Source: a bacterium | Lineage (GTDB): Bacteria; JAHJDO01 | Assembly: GCA_043824255.1 (NCBI GenBank) | Contig: JBDRTG010000016.1 | Span: forward strand, 1-12,007 | Reading direction: 5' to 3' | Length of the DNA: 12,007 nt | Shown: positions 7,175-12,007 of the stretch, piece after piece | Layout: the number at the start of each line of letters is the position of its first letter | Numbering within the stretch: the stretch's first letter is position 1 | The notes under the pieces: generated by a model | What the model was told of the DNA's origin: nothing | The model's input: only the letters and a program-made list of their open reading frames with translations | The model's database searches: none | Made by a program: the position numbers and the translations under genes

Positions 7175-8417
7175 TTATATCTCCATATTTCTTAATTATG
7201 AGGCAGGCATTGCCTCCACCAAAACCGAACGAACTACTCATTGCCGCATTTAAATCAAGCGATTCAGCGCCATTGGTAACATAGTCAAGAGGACAATCAG
7301 CATCAGATTCTTTATAATTAATGGTTGGCGGGATCAGACCTGTAAACACACTCATCACAGTCGACACGAACTCCACAGACCCCGCGGCTGCCAAAAGATG
7401 ACCAATCATTGATTTTATTGAGCTGACCTTTAAGGTTTTTGCATGTTCGCCAAATACTTTTTTAATAGCAGCACTCTCACATTTGTCATTTAAAACAGTG
7501 GATGTGCCATGCGCATTGATATAGCCTATTTTTTCAGCATCCATAACAGCGTCCTGCAGCGCCACTTGCATAACCCGGGTCATGCCATCGCCCTCGGGTT
7601 CTGGTGCCGTAAAGTGATAGGCATCGGCCGTATTGCCGTATCCGACGATTTCAGCATAAATTCTTGCGCCTCGCTTGAAAGCATGTTTCAGATTTTCCAA
7701 AACAACAATCCCGGCTCCTTCTCCCATCACAAAACCATCACGATTTTTATCAAAGGGTCTACAGGCATTTTCAGCGCAATCATTTGGAGTCATGGATCGT
7801 GTGGCGCAAAAACATCCATAGGGGAGCGGGGTTATACATGCCTCGGAACTACCTGCAAGCATGATGTCGGCATCCCCTCTCTGAAGAATCCGAAAAGCAT
7901 CGCCAATGGCGTTTGATCCTGTAGAACAGGCCACGGAGAGAGCAGAAAGGGGACCTTTTAAGCCATATTTAATGGAAACCATACACGCTGCCATATTGAT
8001 GAGCAGCTTGGACACAAAAAACGGACTTAAACCTTTGGGTCCACTTTCTTGAAGTATGGAATACCCGTCTTCGATTGTCTGTGAACCCCCAATGCCGGAA
8101 CCGATGATGACACCTGCCCTGTTTTTGTCAAATGAGAAAGATTCCAATCCCGCATCTTCCATTGCCATTGCAGATGCAGCCATTCCAAACTGTGTGAATC
8201 GATCCATACGCTTTGCTGATTTTTTGTCGATCCATTCTTCAGCTTGAAAATCTTTTACCTCAGCTGCGAGCTTAGAACGAAAATCTGTCACATCAAAACG
8301 AGTCACTTTCGCAATTCCATTTCGCCCAGCCTTTAATCCTTCACAAAAATCCTTTACACCTATACCAATCGGGGTTACAGCGCCCAAGCCTGTGACAACA
8401 ACCTGATGTTCGTTCAT
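7161..8417 (-). CDS. fabF: Beta-ketoacyl-ACP synthase II
   Basis: 418 aa. VVVTGLG.VTPIG, MDRFTQF, GSGIGG, catalytic Cys in ACSTG, RPFD..RDGFVMGEGAG, His in INAHGTST, His in KSMIGHLL, SFGFGG.N. Confidence 0.95.
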   Translation of the reverse strand: MNEHQVVVTGLGAVTPIGIGVKDFCEGLKAGRNGIAKVTRFDVTDFRSKLAAEVKDFQAEEWIDKKSAKRMDRFTQFGMAASAMAMEDAGLESFSFDKNRAGVIIGSGIGGSQTIEDGYSILQESGPKGLSPFFVSKLLINMAACMVSIKYGLKGPLSALSVACSTGSNAIGDAFRILQRGDADIMLAGSSEACITPLPYGCFCATRSMTPNDCAENACRPFDKNRDGFVMGEGAGIVVLENLKHAFKRGARIYAEIVGYGNTADAYHFTAPEPEGDGMTRVMQVALQDAVMDAEKIGYINAHGTSTVLNDKCESAAIKKVFGEHAKTLKVSSIKSMIGHLLAAAGSVEFVSTVMSVFTGLIPPTINYKESDADCPLDYVTNGAESLDLNAAMSSSFGFGGGNACLIIKKYGDINENS

Positions 8418-8427
8418 GAAAAAAATT

Positions 8428-8476
8428 CCATATAAATTATCGTTATTCTATTATTATTATGGGGGTTGACAATCAA
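8428..8476. repeat. Direct repeat copy 2 (49 bp), upstream of fabF; probable promoter
   Basis: CCATATAAATTATCGTTATTCTATTATTATTATGGGGGTTGACAATCAA. Includes the TGA stop (8473-8475) of the upstream gene. Minus-strand TAGAAT at 8450-8445, with TTGTCA 16 bp or TTGATT 20 bp upstream. Confidence 0.95.
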
Positions 8477-9720
8477 TGACTTCCAAATTCCTCCATAATG
8501 GCTCTCCTTCCAATCTGCGTCCATTGGTCGAATCTTTCCGGGTGATGTTCGCAGGTGTGTGTATCCTTGAGGATCATCTCCAGTATACAACCGTGCCTAT
8601 TGGCAACTTCGACCGTATGACGAATGTACTGGCGAATCGCTTCAATGTCGAAGTTGCCAACCAGTTGTGCAGGATTAGGTTTCCAAGAGAAAATATAGTC
8701 TCCCTTTAATTTTGCTGAACAGATATCGACATTTGCCCAGGGTGATATTGAGATACGCCGGATGTGTGGGATCGTAAAGACGTCGTCAAGCTTTCGGGTC
8801 AGGTCCTCACAACATCCATAACCTGTGAGTCCAAATGGTTCCAGAAGACGTTTTTCATATTGCAGAATGAATTCAACATGATGCTCGGGACTGACCTGGG
8901 CCATTTCCTGTGCTTCGGCACTAGCCCACATGTCTTGCGGACGAACATGCTCCGGATCGACATCTGGCAGGGGGAGTGTATCAGTGTAGCTGTTTCCGCC
9001 CGAGCTGTGATAGGTATTATCGTTATTGAAGGAGAGCAGATCCTGTTTAATATACTGTTTCAGAAGTTGCCGATGCCCTTCCTCAAAAAAACCCATAGCG
9101 TCGTGAAGCATCTGTGGTTCGGCGTACATATCAAGCATGACCTCTTCCAGCCCCCGAAGAGCCGTGTACTCTCTCATAAGATGATAAGAGATACCCTTGA
9201 CACCTTCAAGTGTGACACTAAGAATGTCGCCAAAGAGGTCCTGTATCTCATCGAGGGCTCTCAAGGAGGATTTCTCGTCATAGGAGATCACAGGGTGACA
9301 AAGCTTCCCGAGGTCTGCCGGTTTCCTGATGACAGGATCAAAGTGGCGCGCACCACGCGCCTCTGGACTGGGTATCCATCGTGCTTTCAGCCCCCACCCG
9401 GTGCTTGTGATGATCTTTGGCACAATCCAGTTCTTCTCGACAACGGTATCATCCTGAAAATGCTCAAATCCGTAGATACGCTTACGAAGGGTTAATTCAA
9501 TGGCGTGTGCGCGTTTGTCCATGCACTGCAGGGAGGCATCAGGCAGTAGTTCGCACCACGATCCCTCCGGAAAGACGAGCATCATTGGATAGGTTGAGCG
9601 GAGGGAGTTGTGTTTAATCCATCTTTGACGACGCTCAGCCGTCACAGGATCACCAGCAATCTCGGCAACACGTCTGGCCATGCCTCTCAGAATGCTGCTA
9701 TCTGAATTTGTGAAACTCAT
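8473..9720 (-). CDS. Conserved hypothetical protein, uroporphyrinogen decarboxylase/CIMS-like TIM-barrel family
   Basis: 415 aa. LRGLEEVMLDMY..P..LH, AQEMAQVSPEHH.EF, YGCCEDL, I..ISISPWA, FSWKPNP and EMILKD.HT follow the URO-D-like pattern. RBS AAGGA upstream. Function unknown. Confidence 0.7.
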   Translation of the reverse strand: MSFTNSDSSILRGMARRVAEIAGDPVTAERRQRWIKHNSLRSTYPMMLVFPEGSWCELLPDASLQCMDKRAHAIELTLRKRIYGFEHFQDDTVVEKNWIVPKIITSTGWGLKARWIPSPEARGARHFDPVIRKPADLGKLCHPVISYDEKSSLRALDEIQDLFGDILSVTLEGVKGISYHLMREYTALRGLEEVMLDMYAEPQMLHDAMGFFEEGHRQLLKQYIKQDLLSFNNDNTYHSSGGNSYTDTLPLPDVDPEHVRPQDMWASAEAQEMAQVSPEHHVEFILQYEKRLLEPFGLTGYGCCEDLTRKLDDVFTIPHIRRISISPWANVDICSAKLKGDYIFSWKPNPAQLVGNFDIEAIRQYIRHTVEVANRHGCILEMILKDTHTCEHHPERFDQWTQIGRRAIMEEFGSH

Positions 9721-9737
9721 AGTTATTCCTTATCTCT

Positions 9738-9764
9738 GCCAAACGTGAAAGCTCAGCGACGCGG
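9738..9764 (-). other. attC-like right half (degenerate integron cassette recombination site)
   Basis: Minus strand CCGCGTC-GCTGAGC-TTTCAC-GTTTGGC, then 17 bp containing an RBS, then ATG. This fits the L'-6 bp-R' layout (6/7 match to GTTRRRY). No clean left half is visible. Confidence 0.4.
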
Positions 9765-9882
9765 CTTAAGGAGCTTTTTTGTGCTTGACACCTGGAACCT
9801 TATAGGTGTTGGGCATTGTCTTTGCAATGCAACGTTGTCTCTGCCCTTAGAGCTATGACCAAACGGCATCTTGTTGTTTCCA

Positions 9883-10884
9883 TTATAGCAGATCGAGATC
9901 CACTTCCTGTTTGACATCGGATGATTTGATTATTGCTTCGAGAACCGCAACCACATTGTGTCCATAAACTGCATCGGTCCGTCCCGGACGTCCCTCTTCA
10001 ATGGTATCAAGACATTCAATCCATTCAGCCGCAAATGGATCATTCGGCTCACACTCCACTATTTCGACCTTATCCATTTTTGCCAATTGGATTTCGTTCT
10101 TAAACGGATTAAACTGGATACTGCCCTTTGTACCAAGAATCTTGCAACTCAGTCGTGCGGGTTCTTCCAACCTAGTACCTGCCAGGCAGCTGAAAACACC
10201 CTGGACTCCGTTGGCATACTCTACAAATGCAAAACTGTCAGAAGCAATGGTTTGACCCGGGCGCAAAGCGGAAACATGACCGCGAACCTTGACGATGGGA
10301 CTGTCAATCAGGAAGAGCAGATGGTCAACTTGGTGCGGTGCGGTATTAAACAGCACTCCGTGACCGGCCATTTTCGGGTCAAGAAACCACGGCTTGCGAT
10401 TTTCCCAGTTGTAGTAGGCGATGATCTCAGTAAAAATCGCTTTCGGTTCACCAATAGCTCCGTTTTGAATAAGTTCTTTTGCTTTCCGCAGCACCGAGCG
10501 GTACTGGTGAGTCTGCCCCACAAAGATGGTCTTACCATTTTTTTCGGCCGCGTCCATCAATTGCCTGCATTCATTCTTATCCAAGGCCATCGGTTTTTCG
10601 AGGAAGAGGGCTACCCCTTTCTTCAAGATATCCAGTCCTACACAGATATGCAGACCGTGCGGCAGGCACACCAGGCAGATGTCCAGTTCTTCACTGTCGA
10701 GCATTTCGTTGTAATCCGTGTAGACAACGGCATTGAAATCCCTGGCCAAGTTTTCTGCAGCTTCGGTATTGATGTCGCATATTGCAACAATCTTCGTGCG
10801 CTCGGCAAGATTCTTCAACCCCTTAACATGGTTTCCGGTAATTGTTCCGGCTCCGATAATTCCGATCTTATGCAAAGTACTCAT
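9883..10884 (-). CDS. Gfo/Idh/MocA family NAD(P)-dependent oxidoreductase
   Basis: 333 aa. KIGIIGAG, VAICD, CLPHGLH, LFLEKPMA, G.IGEP, G.GVLFN.APHQVD and ILGTKGSI. RBS AGGAGG. Confidence 0.92.
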   Translation of the reverse strand: MSTLHKIGIIGAGTITGNHVKGLKNLAERTKIVAICDINTEAAENLARDFNAVVYTDYNEMLDSEELDICLVCLPHGLHICVGLDILKKGVALFLEKPMALDKNECRQLMDAAEKNGKTIFVGQTHQYRSVLRKAKELIQNGAIGEPKAIFTEIIAYYNWENRKPWFLDPKMAGHGVLFNTAPHQVDHLLFLIDSPIVKVRGHVSALRPGQTIASDSFAFVEYANGVQGVFSCLAGTRLEEPARLSCKILGTKGSIQFNPFKNEIQLAKMDKVEIVECEPNDPFAAEWIECLDTIEEGRPGRTDAVYGHNVVAVLEAIIKSSDVKQEVDLDLL

Positions 10885-10905
10885 TTCAATCTCTCCTCCT
10901 TTTCT

Positions 10906-11787
10906 CTAATTCTGAACATTTTTAGTCTTGCCGCTTTTGAGGGATTCTGCAGCGGCCTCCATCATTGACTGGATTTCGAGGGAATCTTCAAGTTTGATTG
11001 GAACGGTTCCGTCAATGAAGAAATCACGAATGGCGGTGATTAGATTGTTGTAGAGTTCTCCGGCATCGGCAAAATTCACCTCAAAACTCTGAACGGCATG
11101 ATCCGACTGGGCCCTGCCACCATATTTGGAAGCTCCATCGTTGCATTCAACAATGCCCCGGCGACCGTCTTTATAATTGACTATTGAAACAACCCCTTTT
11201 TCGTCCTCAATTGCAGTGACGTTTTTTACGCCCTTGCCCATGAGGGTCATCAGCATTTCAAAAGAATGTATGCCGTACCAGATCAGTGAACTGCCTTTTG
11301 CGGCCTTGCCCAGCGGTCCATACACACTGGCAATAACCGGAGAATCAATATTGGCTACACATTCCCTGATCTCCGGCGTGAAACGCAACGAGGACGAGGT
11401 CCAGACATTGATGTTTCTTTCTTTGGCAATACGACAGATTTCTACAGCATTTTTAAGATTGTCTGCCATCGGTTTGTCAAGGAAGACCGGCAGGTTGAGC
11501 TCGGCGACTTTCTGAAAGTACTCAAGGTGTAGTGCCGGATCGTTTATTTCCAGCAGGATGCCGTTGACACCTTCCACTGCTTCTGAAAAGGACTTCGTAA
11601 CCTTCACTGCATATTCCCCAAGTTCCTTCTGCCGTTTATCCTGATCCCCTTCTGACTGGAATGCCGATGGAAACCTCATGCATTTCACAACCTTGAGTTC
11701 TTTTATTTTTGTGTTTTTCCCCTGGATGAGTTCTGTGAATTTTACGGAATGACTTGTGTCAAGACCAATAACCGCAAGTTTAAACAT
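10906..11787 (-). CDS. Gfo/Idh/MocA-like oxidoreductase (GLDTSH subfamily)
   Basis: 293 aa. KLAVIGLDTSH Rossmann start, LHLE, PVFLDKPMA, SSSLRF and WYGIHSFEML. RBS AAGGAGG. Confidence 0.85.
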   Translation of the reverse strand: MFKLAVIGLDTSHSVKFTELIQGKNTKIKELKVVKCMRFPSAFQSEGDQDKRQKELGEYAVKVTKSFSEAVEGVNGILLEINDPALHLEYFQKVAELNLPVFLDKPMADNLKNAVEICRIAKERNINVWTSSSLRFTPEIRECVANIDSPVIASVYGPLGKAAKGSSLIWYGIHSFEMLMTLMGKGVKNVTAIEDEKGVVSIVNYKDGRRGIVECNDGASKYGGRAQSDHAVQSFEVNFADAGELYNNLITAIRDFFIDGTVPIKLEDSLEIQSMMEAAAESLKSGKTKNVQN

Positions 11788-11824
11788 TTATTCCTCCTTT
11801 TTCTGTACCAAGCACAATATTAAC

Positions 11825-11871
11825 CATTGAACGTTTACCGTCACTTTAACGCTACTTGCTTGAAACGTCAA
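11825..11871 (-). promoter_or_regulatory. sigma70-type promoter with LacI/GalR-like operator for the oxidoreductase operon
   Basis: Minus strand TTGACG (11871-11866), 17 bp, TAAAGT (11848-11843). The imperfect CG-centred palindrome TTGAACGTTTAC (11827-11838) sits around +1, and TTGAAACGTCAA (11860-11871) overlaps the -35. Confidence 0.6.
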
Positions 11872-11877
11872 TAAAAA

Positions 11878-12007
11878 TGTCAAGCCAAAATAGAAATGTC
11901 CTATTCTTACCAAAGTAGAAATGTCCTATTTTGTTAAGATTAGTAGTAGTAAGTTTTTCTTTTTGATCAAACTTTTTCTTTTTGTTAATTCTGTGCATAT
12001 TGTGGAT
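11878..12007 (-). mobile_element. Probable right end (IRR) of an IS1202-like insertion sequence extending out of the window to the right
   Basis: TGTCAAG-CCAAAATAGAAATGTCC (11885-11901)-TATTCTTA-CCAAAGTAGAAATGTCC (11910-11926), the same architecture as the end at 86-133. No RBS/start follows inward. The interior reads on the minus strand like a Lys/Gln-rich transposase tail (..PQYAQN*QKEKV / ..LLLILTK*), frame uncertain. Confidence 0.82.

Noticed and set aside
6107..8417. Type II PKS or secondary-metabolite cluster
   Set aside because: No chain-length factor, ACP, cyclase or tailoring genes; the ketosynthase looks like an ordinary FabF.
8764..9495. 243-aa + strand ORF, and the other short ORFs nested in or antisense to called genes
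   Set aside because: In-register antisense or alternate-frame shadows of motif-supported genes, with no family signatures.
9958..10968. 336-aa + strand ORF
   Set aside because: It lies in exact codon register antisense to the well-supported Gfo/Idh/MocA gene and has no recognisable motifs; a typical shadow ORF.
11840..11877. dif/xrs site next to the IS ends (ISAba32-type targeting), also checked at 134-170
   Set aside because: No 11-6-11 site with a TTATGTTAAAT-like arm on either flank.
11855..11883. Hybrid promoter from the IS terminal TTGACA driving the oxidoreductase operon
   Set aside because: The hexamers 16-18 bp downstream (AAGCAA, AGCAAG, GCAAGT) are not -10-like, and a native promoter is already present.

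Overview
Bacterial DNA, probably from an AT-rich anaerobe, with no rRNA, tRNA or CRISPR visible. Both edges carry ends of an IS1202-like (ISNCY/IS481-related) insertion sequence in the same orientation: a left end plus transposase start at 1-133 (minus strand) and a probable right end at 11878-12007. The same hexamer TAAAAA lies directly inside both ends. Between them are 11 protein genes. A + strand operon encodes DUF4416, a U32/TrhP-like protein and a PHP phosphoesterase. It converges on a long minus-strand run: two Gfo/Idh/MocA oxidoreductases, a URO-D-like TIM-barrel protein, fabF, a FabX/FabK-like flavo-Fe-S enzyme, comM/yifB, an ABC ATPase and a membrane-anchored hypothetical. The most unusual structures are (i) the fabF + FabX-like pair bracketed by a 46/49-bp direct repeat that is itself a sigma70 promoter, (ii) the matching inner 6-bp flanks of the two IS ends, (iii) a degenerate attC-like site upstream of the URO-D-like gene and (iv) an RBS-sequestering hairpin in the IS. 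Protein family calls come from motif recognition only; no searches were run.
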